From Bacteriovoracia bacterium (GTDB taxonomy: Bacteria; Bdellovibrionota; Bacteriovoracia; Bacteriovoracales; Bacteriovoracaceae): a stretch of 64,000 nt of DNA. The position numbers and the translations under genes were made by a program. The notes beneath the pieces were generated by a model. The model made no database searches and had not been told where the DNA came from. It was given only the letters and a program-made list of their open reading frames with translations. The stretch spans positions 32,001 through 96,000 of the forward strand of contig JBKHVI010000003.1 of NCBI GenBank assembly GCA_046570105.1, written 5' to 3'. How positions within the stretch are numbered: the stretch's first letter is position 1; every line of letters begins with the position of its first letter. Below are positions 47,438 to 57,257 of this stretch, in pieces.

Positions 47438-50359
47438 CTAACCTTTTTTGGGACCAAAACCTGGGCCGCCTGATCCACCCCCGCCGCTTTTTTTGCGACG
47501 ACGTTTCCCACCTGCAGGACCTCCGCCGACACCCGTAAAGGCGGCTGCGGCACGAGAGCCACCCGACTTAGGTCTGCGACTGCTGCCGCCGGAAGCCGCT
47601 GCTCTGAGTGCACGCAAATCCATACCACTGCCTTCGGGGCGACGAATTCCTTCACCACCACCGGCCGCAGCGGGTGCTTTTTGTTCCGGGCGAGGAGGCC
47701 TGCGATCATTGCGGTCATCTCTCTTAGGCCCGCGTTCTTCGCGTGGCGGACGCCGATCATTCCGATCATCACGAGGAGCACGGTCATTTCTGGCCGGACG
47801 ATCATCACGCCCGCGGCTATCACTGCGAGGTGGACCTCTGCGAGAGTTTCGACGAGCGGTGAAACAATTATCACAAATAGCAAAACGAGAACTCATCGAG
47901 AGTTTGCAACCACAAGACGAGCACGTTTTTGTTGTTTTCTCAGAGAGGAGACTATTCAATTTTTCAACCGCACGGGCCTTATTCTCTAAAAGCTGAGCTT
48001 CGATAAAATTAAAATTCTTGCCATCAAAGTGACGAGCGAGCCATTGATAAAGCTCAACACACTTAATCGATGTCTCGAGATAATCAATATCATCACTACT
48101 GTAATCTATATTTTCATTCAGAATCGGTGCGCTATCGACGTAGTGCTTAAGAATCCATAGGAAGTATTGCACGTGCTCAACCAAACCTAGGTTAACTGGC
48201 GCACAGGAGAATCCGAAAATTTCTGTCGGTAAGAGCTTCACATGCTCATCCGTCTGCTCAACCATTTCGGTAATCTCAATCATCTCTTTCAAATCAGTAC
48301 AGTAGAAAGGACGCTGGAAAGTCATGGTATTAAACAGACGCAAGAACTCTGAAAGAGTCAGGACCGGCAGACCATTAATATCGAGAGCACTATTCACGCT
48401 CTTAAAGATCTCAAGATCGGGACCGACCATCGCCTTATCACTTTGTCCAAGCGTGTGATCGAGTGCTTCTTGCAAACGATCAAGGCCTGCTTCTACCCGA
48501 TTAAGCGTAGTCGTGTAGCCGATCGGAAAGCGACCAAAGCGCCCGGCGCGACCAGCAATCTGCTTGATCTCACTCATCGTGAGGGGATGCTCTTTGTTAT
48601 CAATAAATTTTGAAAGCGCTGAGAAGACAATCCGTTGCACCGGAAGGTTCATCCCCATGGCAATGGCATCGGTCGAAACAATAATATCAGTTTCACCGAA
48701 ATCAAATTTACGGGCCTGTTCGCGACGAACCTCTGGTGAGAGACGACCGTAAACAATAGAGACCTTGAAATCAAGGTTTTCGAGATCGGCTTTAAACTTC
48801 AGAGCATTTCTGCGACTGAAAACAATCAAAGCATCACCACGTTCAAGCTCTGCTAAAGTGATCGTGCGATCCATCACCTGTAGTTCAGTCATGCGCTTAT
48901 ACTCACGTACCTCGAGTGTATCACCGGTGAGTTTAAGAATTTGTTTCACGAGTTCTAAGACTGAAGCATCACCACACAGATGCACTTCATCGGCCTGCAA
49001 ATTAACTAGTGCTCGTGTCCATGCCCATCCACGTTGAGGATCAGTGAGCATTTGGATCTCATCAATGACAGCGCAATCAAAGCGCTCATTGAGGCGTGCC
49101 ATTTCAATCGTCGAAGAAAAGTGCGTTGAACCCGGAATCTCAATCACCTCTTCGCCCGTCAGAAGCGTCGTGATCGCTCCTTTCTGGTTCATGGTATCGA
49201 AGAGTTCAGCCGCCAAGAGACGCAAAGGTGCGAGGTAGCAGCCACGCTTAGATTTAACCAAGGCTTCAATGGCATGATAAGTCTTACCTGAGTTGGTGGG
49301 CCCCATATGGTAAATAATCTTGCGATTAATTTTACGGGCCTCAGCATGCACCCAGAACTGACCCAAGTAATCTCTTAGAATCGTGCTGGAAATATCTTTA
49401 CGCTTTAAGAGCAAAACTGAGCGAGTGAATTTTTCGAATTCTTTCTTTAAGAATCCTTCTGGCTTCCAAATGCCTGTCTCTTGCTGCAAGAAGAAGCGCT
49501 CATACTCACCTGGGGTGATAATCTCAGGCTTTAAACCTTGTTCAACTAAGCAGGTGTTAAAAAACACCATCAACTTCTCGCGATAGAGTTTACCCAAAGG
49601 AGAAGTGCCCGAGAACTTGGCGCGAAAGACAGCTTTAACTTCACTCTCAATTTTATTCAGAGAGCTGCGCTTAAATTTATTACGAACCTGATTTATCCCG
49701 CGCTCCATATTTTTGCGCAGATTAAAGACATAATTTGAAACATCAGTGATCGAGCGAGAAAGAACCATATCAAACAGACGCTCTTCGGCGTCGTTGATCA
49801 TCTTCTCTTGCTGCTCCATCACTTCTTCACGCAGCTTGGTGCGATAATCCGCCAAACACTGCGTACACTGACAGGTAAGATCGCTGGTGGCGAGTTTTAG
49901 ATCAAAGCGCTCTTTCAGTTGCTCTTGAGTTTTTTGGTGGAAGCTGAGAGCTTCCTTGCACCATTCTCTGAACCCCTCACGATAACCTTCTACCATTTCA
50001 CGGTTGAAGCTCTCACCCACCGTCAAAGGCCATTGATCCGTGCGGGGAAAGAGATACTCATCTAACAGGGCCACTTCAAAAATGGCTTCGCGGTCATTGA
50101 GTTCTCTCACCGGACCGAAATATTTCTCGAAAACAGAATCGAGCGTGGGAGCGGCCGCTAGAAGTTTTGCCATTTCGCCATACACCACTTCAAGTGTACC
50201 GAGTACAACAGTGGCATCTTCCAGCGAGCGAATAGAATCCGGTGAGTCACCGGATAGGCTCGTTGATACAAAAGCTTTGCGGGATAATTCGAGATTTTGT
50301 AACAGATCCCCGAACATGGCCCGAGGATCTATTAAGAGAGAAGTCTGTGTGTCGTTCAT
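47438..50359 (-). CDS. SUV3-like SF2 RNA helicase with Arg/Gly-rich tail
   Basis: GPTNSGKT, APLRLLA, DEIQM, RGWAWT, TDAIAMGMNL, QIAGRAGR. Confidence 0.92.
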   Translation of the reverse strand: MNDTQTSLLIDPRAMFGDLLQNLELSRKAFVSTSLSGDSPDSIRSLEDATVVLGTLEVVYGEMAKLLAAAPTLDSVFEKYFGPVRELNDREAIFEVALLDEYLFPRTDQWPLTVGESFNREMVEGYREGFREWCKEALSFHQKTQEQLKERFDLKLATSDLTCQCTQCLADYRTKLREEVMEQQEKMINDAEERLFDMVLSRSITDVSNYVFNLRKNMERGINQVRNKFKRSSLNKIESEVKAVFRAKFSGTSPLGKLYREKLMVFFNTCLVEQGLKPEIITPGEYERFFLQQETGIWKPEGFLKKEFEKFTRSVLLLKRKDISSTILRDYLGQFWVHAEARKINRKIIYHMGPTNSGKTYHAIEALVKSKRGCYLAPLRLLAAELFDTMNQKGAITTLLTGEEVIEIPGSTHFSSTIEMARLNERFDCAVIDEIQMLTDPQRGWAWTRALVNLQADEVHLCGDASVLELVKQILKLTGDTLEVREYKRMTELQVMDRTITLAELERGDALIVFSRRNALKFKADLENLDFKVSIVYGRLSPEVRREQARKFDFGETDIIVSTDAIAMGMNLPVQRIVFSALSKFIDNKEHPLTMSEIKQIAGRAGRFGRFPIGYTTTLNRVEAGLDRLQEALDHTLGQSDKAMVGPDLEIFKSVNSALDINGLPVLTLSEFLRLFNTMTFQRPFYCTDLKEMIEITEMVEQTDEHVKLLPTEIFGFSCAPVNLGLVEHVQYFLWILKHYVDSAPILNENIDYSSDDIDYLETSIKCVELYQWLARHFDGKNFNFIEAQLLENKARAVEKLNSLLSEKTTKTCSSCGCKLSMSSRFAICDNCFTARRNSRRGPPRSDSRGRDDRPARNDRAPRDDRNDRRPPREERGPKRDDRNDRRPPRPEQKAPAAAGGGEGIRRPEGSGMDLRALRAAASGGSSRRPKSGGSRAAAAFTGVGGGPAGGKRRRKKSGGGGSGGPGFGPKKG

Positions 50360-51552
50360 CAGTTCGCTAACTCTACCATATAGGCGAGCGCGAGTTTAGC
50401 AAATTTTGCAGCATGCTGAGCATTCCCACCGGCCGTCTCAATCGTGTCTTTGTCCGAATGGATAGCGCGGTTACGATCACCCATGTCGGATTCAAAGGGA
50501 ATTGACGCAGGGAAACCGGCATTCGTCCAAGAGGCATGGTCACTGCAACCATAGCCACACTTCGAATAACCCCATGGAACCTTAACGTACTCATCAATCA
50601 ATTTACCCAAAAACGCGTTCTGAGTAGCGTTAGTGAAGTCCGACATCAAGACGATATCGCGATTAGCAGTACCCTTCTTGAGCGTCATATCGAATTGAAT
50701 TTTACCAATCACCTTCTTACCTTGCGTCTTGTAGGCGTTAGCAATGTCTTTTGAACCCAACAAGCCGACTTCCTCAGCGGCATAGGCCATCAACTGAACC
50801 GTGCGCTTGGGACGAAAGTTATTGGCGACAGCAATACGAAGGGCCTCAGTAATAGTCGCGATTCCTGAAGCGTTATCATCTGCTCCTGGAGCACGCGAGC
50901 GCTCACCGCCAAACCAGCCACCACCGATTGAGTCAGCGTGGCCGCCTAAAACAACGATCTCGCCATTTGAGTCAGATCCTTCGATGGTCAAAACAACCGA
51001 AGGTTGAGGCCAGCCATTGTGTTTGTAAAGTTCAACCTTGATATCACTGCGGTCTTTTGCGATCGCTTTCCACGTCTCCAAAATATAATTTTGTGACTCA
51101 ACTCCAGTTGGCGCCTTGTAATAGCGATTATGGAAAGCCGACATACCACGAATGACTTCTTCGATCTTAGTCGCTTCTACCTGTTGAATCATCGCTGGCA
51201 GAATCGCCTGCTGATCAATCGTGTAATCAGAGAAAATCCCTTTCATACTGTAGAACATTTCACCATTCGGTTCAAAGGCGGCTTCCGCCTCATCAAAAGA
51301 ATCGTGCGCCATAAATCCGCCACAGCGATGAAGCTCATGGTGAATAGCGTGGGAGAGCTGCTCAATCTGCGCTTCCTCAAGTTGAATAAGAGAAACACCG
51401 TTGGCTTCTTTTTCAACCATCAAGGCTTTTTGCATCGGAGCGAGAGAACCCAGAATTTTAGAATCGATGGTAACCCATCGTAGTGGACTTGCTGCTTGTG
51501 CCTCCATGGCCAACACAGCTAATGCGATAATTAGCTTTTTCAACTTTTCCAT
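50359..51552 (-). CDS. Secreted M28 leucyl aminopeptidase
   Basis: CGGF propeptide motif, GGHADS, GADDNASG, AAEEVGL, FDM, CSDHASW, IHS; start uncertain. Confidence 0.9.
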   Translation of the reverse strand: MEKLKKLIIALAVLAMEAQAASPLRWVTIDSKILGSLAPMQKALMVEKEANGVSLIQLEEAQIEQLSHAIHHELHRCGGFMAHDSFDEAEAAFEPNGEMFYSMKGIFSDYTIDQQAILPAMIQQVEATKIEEVIRGMSAFHNRYYKAPTGVESQNYILETWKAIAKDRSDIKVELYKHNGWPQPSVVLTIEGSDSNGEIVVLGGHADSIGGGWFGGERSRAPGADDNASGIATITEALRIAVANNFRPKRTVQLMAYAAEEVGLLGSKDIANAYKTQGKKVIGKIQFDMTLKKGTANRDIVLMSDFTNATQNAFLGKLIDEYVKVPWGYSKCGYGCSDHASWTNAGFPASIPFESDMGDRNRAIHSDKDTIETAGGNAQHAAKFAKLALAYMVELAN

Positions 51553-51685
51553 CCTTGTGAAAGTTGTTTTGACTATTAGCCCACGTCCGAAACGCCTTGC
51601 CAAGAAGAGTGAGATTAAGTCAGACATTCGTAATTTCTCAATCTAACTATGCGCAGCAACCACAGAAGAGAATTATAATAAGCAC

Positions 51686-52675
51686 ATGAAAACATCTCTT
51701 ACTAAAATGCTTGGAATTGAACACCCTATTATCATGGCACCCATGTTCTTGGTGACCACACCCGAAATGGTGATTGCTGCAGGAAACGCTGGCATCACCG
51801 GCTGCATTCCCGCTCTTAATTGGCGAACGATTGAAGAGCTCGAAGCAGGCATTAAACACATCAAAGCCAATTCTAAAGCTCCTATGGGCGTAAATTTGAT
51901 CGTGAATAAATCAAACCCGCTCTACAAAAAACAACTCCACAAGTGTCTTGATCTGGGCGTCGATTATTTCATCACATCGCTCGGCTCTCCTGATGAAGTC
52001 ATCAAAGAATCTCACAAGCAAAACTGCAAAGTTTTTTGTGACGTGATCGATGGTGAATATGCACGAAAGGTAGAAGACCAAGGTGCGGATGCTCATATTG
52101 CTGTGAACTCAGGTGCGGGCGGACATCTTGGCAACATCCCCGCCTCTATTCTCGTCCCTATGCTTAAAGCGCAAAGTAAAATTCCCGTCATCGCTGCCGG
52201 TGGTGTCGGTGAAGGCCATGGCCTCTTCTCCATGCTCGCCCTTGGAGCAGACGGACTCTCGATCGGCTCCCCTTTTATTGCCACTAAAGAAGCCAAGGTG
52301 AGTGAAGGCTATAAGAAGGCCTGTGTGGATTACAAAGCGCGCGACATTGTCGTCACCACCAAACTCTCTGGCAGCCGCTGTACCGTCATCAACACTCCTT
52401 ATGTAAAAAAAATCGGCACCGATCAAAACTTAGTAGAAGGTTTTCTAAACAAGAACAAACAATTAAAAAAATACGCCAAGATGGTGACTTTCTGGAAAGG
52501 CATGAAGCTCTTAGAAAAAGCCGCCTTCTCTGCGAGCTACAAATCGGTCTGGTGTGCCGGTAGCTCAATTGAATTCACAGAAGACATCACGAGCGTTCAA
52601 GAAGTCGTGACTAAATTCACCACAGGTTACGAAGACGCCGTCAAAGAATTCGAAGCCAGAAGGAATGCAACATGA
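51686..52675 (+). CDS. Nitronate monooxygenase / FabK-like flavoprotein
   Basis: HPIIMAPM, AGGH, VIAAGGV. Confidence 0.88.
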   Translation: MKTSLTKMLGIEHPIIMAPMFLVTTPEMVIAAGNAGITGCIPALNWRTIEELEAGIKHIKANSKAPMGVNLIVNKSNPLYKKQLHKCLDLGVDYFITSLGSPDEVIKESHKQNCKVFCDVIDGEYARKVEDQGADAHIAVNSGAGGHLGNIPASILVPMLKAQSKIPVIAAGGVGEGHGLFSMLALGADGLSIGSPFIATKEAKVSEGYKKACVDYKARDIVVTTKLSGSRCTVINTPYVKKIGTDQNLVEGFLNKNKQLKKYAKMVTFWKGMKLLEKAAFSASYKSVWCAGSSIEFTEDITSVQEVVTKFTTGYEDAVKEFEARRNAT

Positions 52676-53181
52676 AAAAAGGTGCCGCACTCGTCAACAT
52701 GCTCTTAAAGCGCCAAGACAAGCTCTCACTTATTGCGCTTGATAATGTCATGCGCGTCGCGATTCCTTTCAACGCTCCTCACGGCTTCAGCTTCAAAAAA
52801 ATTACCGACGAAGAAGTGCAGATCTCACTTCCCAATTTTAAACTCAACCACAACCACCTCTCCGGCATGCACGCTTGCGCCATCGCCACCTTAGGTGAAT
52901 TCTGTGCCGGCATGACACTCGTAAAACACTTCGGCATGACTCAGTACCGCTATATCCTTTCCGAGCTTTCAGTGAAATATCATCTCCAAGGCCGCACAGG
53001 CCTTGTCGGCATCGCCAAACTCGACAGTGAGCGCGTCGCTTCCATCAAAGAGCAACTCACCCAACAAGAAAAAGTCTTAGTCGACCACAACACCGAAATC
53101 ATGAACCGCCACGGCGAAAAAATCGCCGACGTTCGAACAGTGTGGCAGATGAAGGATTGGAATAAGGTGCAGTTGAAATAA
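52672..53181 (+). CDS. Hotdog-fold thioesterase-like protein (PaaI/DUF4442)
   Basis: NHNHLSGMHACAIATLGE; ATGA overlap. Confidence 0.8.
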   Translation: MKKGAALVNMLLKRQDKLSLIALDNVMRVAIPFNAPHGFSFKKITDEEVQISLPNFKLNHNHLSGMHACAIATLGEFCAGMTLVKHFGMTQYRYILSELSVKYHLQGRTGLVGIAKLDSERVASIKEQLTQQEKVLVDHNTEIMNRHGEKIADVRTVWQMKDWNKVQLK

Positions 53182-53203
53182 AAAAGGCCCCATTCGGGGC
53201 CTT
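53180..53203. terminator. Intrinsic terminator hairpin between convergent genes
   Basis: AAGGCCCC-attc-GGGGCCTT (53184-53203); the A-run on the left gives a U tract for the minus strand. Confidence 0.8.
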
Positions 53204-53223
53204 CAAATTTTGGGGAATAGATC

Positions 53224-54096
53224 TTAGCGCAAGGTCTGAAGAGCTTTTATATTTGTGATATACGTTACGTCCTCACCGCTGCCACCGTCGTTACTTACTA
53301 CATTCGACACCCGACAATTGTCTGGGCCAGCCACATAGTCTTCATCGCCGCGAACAAGAATTCCCTCAACTTCTAATGTATTTGCATTGAAAACGGCCGA
53401 ACCTGAGTTACCGCCGTAGGTATCTAGGTTGCCGACAAAAAAGCGCTCATCGAGCGTGCGCACGTTGGCGCCGCCAGCGATCTTAGTGGGTAGACCTGAT
53501 GGATGGCCGATGACTAAGATGGGAGCGTTTTGTTCGATTTTTCCTTGAGTGCGAAACTTTAATGGATTGCGATCGAGCACCGGGCGATCAAGTTCGATCA
53601 AAGCGTAGTCTTCTTGCGTTTCATCGTTGAGTTCTTGCTCGATGATGCGCTTACAGTGATAGATGTTGGTTTTCTTCAACGTCACACTTGATTGGTTATT
53701 GGTTTCAGCTTTGTAATCAAAGGCCCACTGAAAGTTGGCGCAGTCGGCTTCGGTTTGCACGCAGTGACCGGCAGTGACGAGCCAGCGATCAGAGACTAAG
53801 AAACCTGAACAGTAAGCTGCTGTTGGTTGTTTAGCGAAGCGCTCTGTAGAACAGATACCCTGACTCTCCAGCGAAGGGCCTGTTACCTGGATAGTTTGAT
53901 TTCCACCGCCGCCTTTTTTGTTGGCGTCTTGAATTTCAGAAACTGAAATCATGGCGGCCGTTGAGTGGGCCAGTTTGATCCAAGCTGGTTCAGTCGTCAT
54001 GGCGACATCATTACGGTTGTCATCACCGTAGATAATCTTAGGAGCTTGAATGGAAGCCCAAGAACTGGCGGTTAAAGCTAAAGCAACAAACAACAT
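53224..54096 (-). CDS. Secreted trypsin/V8-like serine protease
   Basis: IIYGDDNR, TAGHC, DYAL, GHPSG, GGNSGS. Confidence 0.9.
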   Translation of the reverse strand: MLFVALALTASSWASIQAPKIIYGDDNRNDVAMTTEPAWIKLAHSTAAMISVSEIQDANKKGGGGNQTIQVTGPSLESQGICSTERFAKQPTAAYCSGFLVSDRWLVTAGHCVQTEADCANFQWAFDYKAETNNQSSVTLKKTNIYHCKRIIEQELNDETQEDYALIELDRPVLDRNPLKFRTQGKIEQNAPILVIGHPSGLPTKIAGGANVRTLDERFFVGNLDTYGGNSGSAVFNANTLEVEGILVRGDEDYVAGPDNCRVSNVVSNDGGSGEDVTYITNIKALQTLR

Positions 54097-54104
54097 AGGA
54101 ACTC

Positions 54105-54974
54105 CTACAGGTTTTGAATCTCAAGAACGTTAGTTATCGCGGTCACAGCTTCTGTTGCGCGATCTACGCTGACAACATTAGAGCGTAAACAGCCTGATGA
54201 AGTTTCCACATAATCACGAGCGCCGCGCACGAGAATACCTTCTACTTCAAGTGTCTCAGCGTTGAATACTGCTGAACCTGAGTTGCCACCGTAGGTATCA
54301 AGATTGGTGCGGAAAAAGATATCGTTATTGTATTCCATGACTCTGGCACCGCCGGCAACCTTAGTCGGAAGACCAGACGGGTGGCCGATTACGACCAAAG
54401 GAGCTTCGAGCTGTATTTTGCCCGTTTTGCGGAAGTTAAGGGGACGGCGACCCGTCACCGGGCGATCAAGTTCCACCACAGCGTAATCGTTACGAGTCAT
54501 TTCATCGAGCACTGAGCGAACAACGCGAGCACAACGGTAAACGTTTTCAGGTTTTAAAGAGATGCGATCGTTTAGCGGACTAGAGAGATTGTAATCAAAC
54601 ACCCAGTAGTTCTCACTGCAACCAGCAATTTCATTAATACAGTGACCAGCGGTTACGATAGTTTTCTCACCGACTAAGAAGCCTGAACAATTGGCGACGG
54701 CCGGCTGTTGAGCAAAGCGCTCGTCAGAACAAACATTCATGCTCCCTTTCAGGCTAAGCATACTGAGAATGCCTGAAGAGACGTTTTGGCGCTGAAAATA
54801 ACCCACTTTCCAAGTAGGAATCATGGCAGCTGTTGAAGCAGCCACTTCTAAAAGGGCGGCCTCTCTCACATCGTAAATGTCTAAACGATTGTCTTCACCA
54901 TAAATGATTTTTTCGGACGCAATAGCAGTAGCGATAGAAGCAACCACAAGTGTTGCAGCGATAGATTTTTTCAA
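54105..54974 (-). CDS. Secreted trypsin/V8-like serine protease (tandem paralog)
   Basis: IIYGEDNR, TAGHC, DYAV, GHPSG, GGNSGS. Confidence 0.9.
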   Translation of the reverse strand: MKKSIAATLVVASIATAIASEKIIYGEDNRLDIYDVREAALLEVAASTAAMIPTWKVGYFQRQNVSSGILSMLSLKGSMNVCSDERFAQQPAVANCSGFLVGEKTIVTAGHCINEIAGCSENYWVFDYNLSSPLNDRISLKPENVYRCARVVRSVLDEMTRNDYAVVELDRPVTGRRPLNFRKTGKIQLEAPLVVIGHPSGLPTKVAGGARVMEYNNDIFFRTNLDTYGGNSGSAVFNAETLEVEGILVRGARDYVETSSGCLRSNVVSVDRATEAVTAITNVLEIQNL

Positions 54975-55063
54975 TGGCCCCCCAGGTCATTTTTAATTTG
55001 TGTCACCGTAAACACTGGCGTGCGTTCTGAAAACAAAGGGGTCTTGAGTGTGTAAAAATTTAC

Positions 55064-56902
55064 TTATTTAAGTAGCTGAAAAGTGAGGAAAGCCATTATC
55101 CAAGCGAGTGCTAGAGTATAAATCGTCATAACAACAGGCGTTAAATAGCCGCCCGATTCTCGTCTCATAACGGCGAAAGTTGAGATGCATTGAGGAGCAA
55201 AAACAAACCACACAATCAGGGCCGCTAAGGTCGCTAAGGAATACTGGCGAGCGAGGATGGTTGTGAGAGTTTCTGCTTGTTGATCCTCGTCACCTTCCAC
55301 GGCATACACGGTCGCAAGGGAGGCCACTAAAACTTCACGGGCACCAAAAGCTGGAATCAAAGCGGTATTGATTCTCCAATCAAATCCTAAGGGAGAAAAA
55401 ATCGGCTCGAAGGTTCGGCCAATCATCGCAGCGTAAGAATTTTCAACCGTCGAGAGCTCACCACTCTCCTGGCGCGGAAAAGACACCAGCGCCCAAATCA
55501 CAATTGATAAAACCAAAATGACTTTACCGGCCTTACGCAAGAATATTTGCGCTTTATTCATCAGGCTGCGCGAGATGTGTTTAATCGTCGGCCAGCGATA
55601 AGGAGGAAGCTCCATCAAGAGCATGGAAGGTGCTTCGTGAGGCAATACTTTACGCAAGACGGCCGCTACTAAAATGGCGGCGATCATAGGAAAGACGTAG
55701 AGTGCCATCATCATGAGACCTTGCATGGAAAAAGGTCCGACTTTTTGATCAGCGGAAATAAGGGCGGCGACCAAGAGAGTGAAGACCGGCAAGCGCGCTG
55801 AGCATGTCGTAAGAGGAATAACCAGCATAGAGATGAGTCGCTCGCGACGATCTTCTAGAATTCTAGTCGCCAGAATTCCGGGAATGGCACAGGCATGACT
55901 TGATAAGAGCGGAATCATCGCTTTCCCTGGAAGACCAAGCTTTCTCATAAAGCCATCCATCAAGAAAGCGGCACGGCCGAGATAACCCACGTCTTCAAGA
56001 ATCTGGATGAATAAAAAGAGCATGAGGATTTGCGGAAGAAATACCACGACACCGCCGACTCCCCCAATCACTCCATCAACGATAAGACTTTGGAGCATCG
56101 GTTGAGTGATGAATTGTTTGACGGTTTCACCTAAGAAACCACAGCCCGCTTCGATTAAATCTTGTAGTGGACCCGCCCAACTGAAGAGTGCTTGAAACAT
56201 GAGGAGCAAGAGCGCAAATAAAACGACAAAACCCCAGACAGGATGAAGAGCGACGCGATCAAGCTTTTGTGTCAGAGTATCTGGCTTGAGTGGTGATTCA
56301 ACTATTTCCTTGAGCCAACGATCAATCGTCGAGAATTTCTCACGCACATAATCGGGAGCTTTGATTTTCTTCTGATAATTCTCAGGGAGTACAACGGCAC
56401 GAGGCTGATGAGCGCTTAGCTCTTGTTCGATAACTGCTTTGAGTTTATCCATCCCATCGCCCGTAACGGCCGAAACCGGCACGACTTTACATTCTGAAAG
56501 ACGGGCAAAAGCGTCGATGGATAATTTCTGTCCCCGGCGAGTGGATTGATCCATTTGAGTCAGAGCAATCAAAGGCCTATGACCCAACTCTAAAATTTGT
56601 AATAGCAGGTAGAGTGATTTTTGTAAGTGAGTGGCATCCAGTACAAGAATGAGTGGTCCTGCTTCAGTTTTTTTTCCCGTGAGCCAATCTCGGGCGACTT
56701 TTTCATCGAGTGTTGCCACATCTAAGGAATACAAACCCGGCAGGTCTATCAGTTCACAAGTCGAATTGCTAAGAATCATGCGCGCTGATTTTTTTTCGAC
56801 CGTGACACCGGGAAAGTTGGCGACTTTTTGAAAACTGCCAGTCAGAGCGTTAAAGAGTGCAGTTTTTCCAACGTTAGGTGTACCGACCAAAGCGAAGTTC
56901 AT
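55064..56902 (-). CDS. feoB: Ferrous iron transporter B
   Basis: GTPNVGKT, VANFPGVTVE, DLPG, EDVGYLGRAA, CSARLP, PQC. Confidence 0.95.
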   Translation of the reverse strand: MNFALVGTPNVGKTALFNALTGSFQKVANFPGVTVEKKSARMILSNSTCELIDLPGLYSLDVATLDEKVARDWLTGKKTEAGPLILVLDATHLQKSLYLLLQILELGHRPLIALTQMDQSTRRGQKLSIDAFARLSECKVVPVSAVTGDGMDKLKAVIEQELSAHQPRAVVLPENYQKKIKAPDYVREKFSTIDRWLKEIVESPLKPDTLTQKLDRVALHPVWGFVVLFALLLLMFQALFSWAGPLQDLIEAGCGFLGETVKQFITQPMLQSLIVDGVIGGVGGVVVFLPQILMLFLFIQILEDVGYLGRAAFLMDGFMRKLGLPGKAMIPLLSSHACAIPGILATRILEDRRERLISMLVIPLTTCSARLPVFTLLVAALISADQKVGPFSMQGLMMMALYVFPMIAAILVAAVLRKVLPHEAPSMLLMELPPYRWPTIKHISRSLMNKAQIFLRKAGKVILVLSIVIWALVSFPRQESGELSTVENSYAAMIGRTFEPIFSPLGFDWRINTALIPAFGAREVLVASLATVYAVEGDEDQQAETLTTILARQYSLATLAALIVWFVFAPQCISTFAVMRRESGGYLTPVVMTIYTLALAWIMAFLTFQLLK

Positions 56903-57138
56903 TTTTGCGCCTGCTCAATTTGAATCTGCTGCGCTTCATGCTTAGCAAGCGCGATACTGAGCCCTCTGATGCGAACCAAGTAGGGATTTTTCACTAGTGG
57001 GGCCACGGCAACACATTCAAATTCAATTCCAGAAACAAAACCTAATTGGCGCAAACGTGACGCGATGACGGAGTCTTCATCGGCGATCAGTTCTACGATG
57101 CGGTATGAATTTGTAGGGATAACATCGGCTAAAGTCAT
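56899..57138 (-). CDS. feoA: Ferrous iron transport protein A
   Basis: RLRQLGF..G, APL..P motifs; coupled to feoB. Confidence 0.88.
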   Translation of the reverse strand: MTLADVIPTNSYRIVELIADEDSVIASRLRQLGFVSGIEFECVAVAPLVKNPYLVRIRGLSIALAKHEAQQIQIEQAQK

Positions 57139-57257
57139 GATGTTTGGTATACCAAACGCGATGCTGCTCGGCAATCGGATGCTAACGAAATCTTGACCTG
57201 GCCATTACGCTTAACCTCTTGTTATCACCTTGCAAACCCTCATGCCTGGAGCTTTCC

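Noticed and set aside
47377..47996. Overlapping 100-180 aa ORFs in alternative frames
   Set aside because: Shadow ORFs of the GC-rich low-complexity helicase tail; no RBS or recognisable motifs
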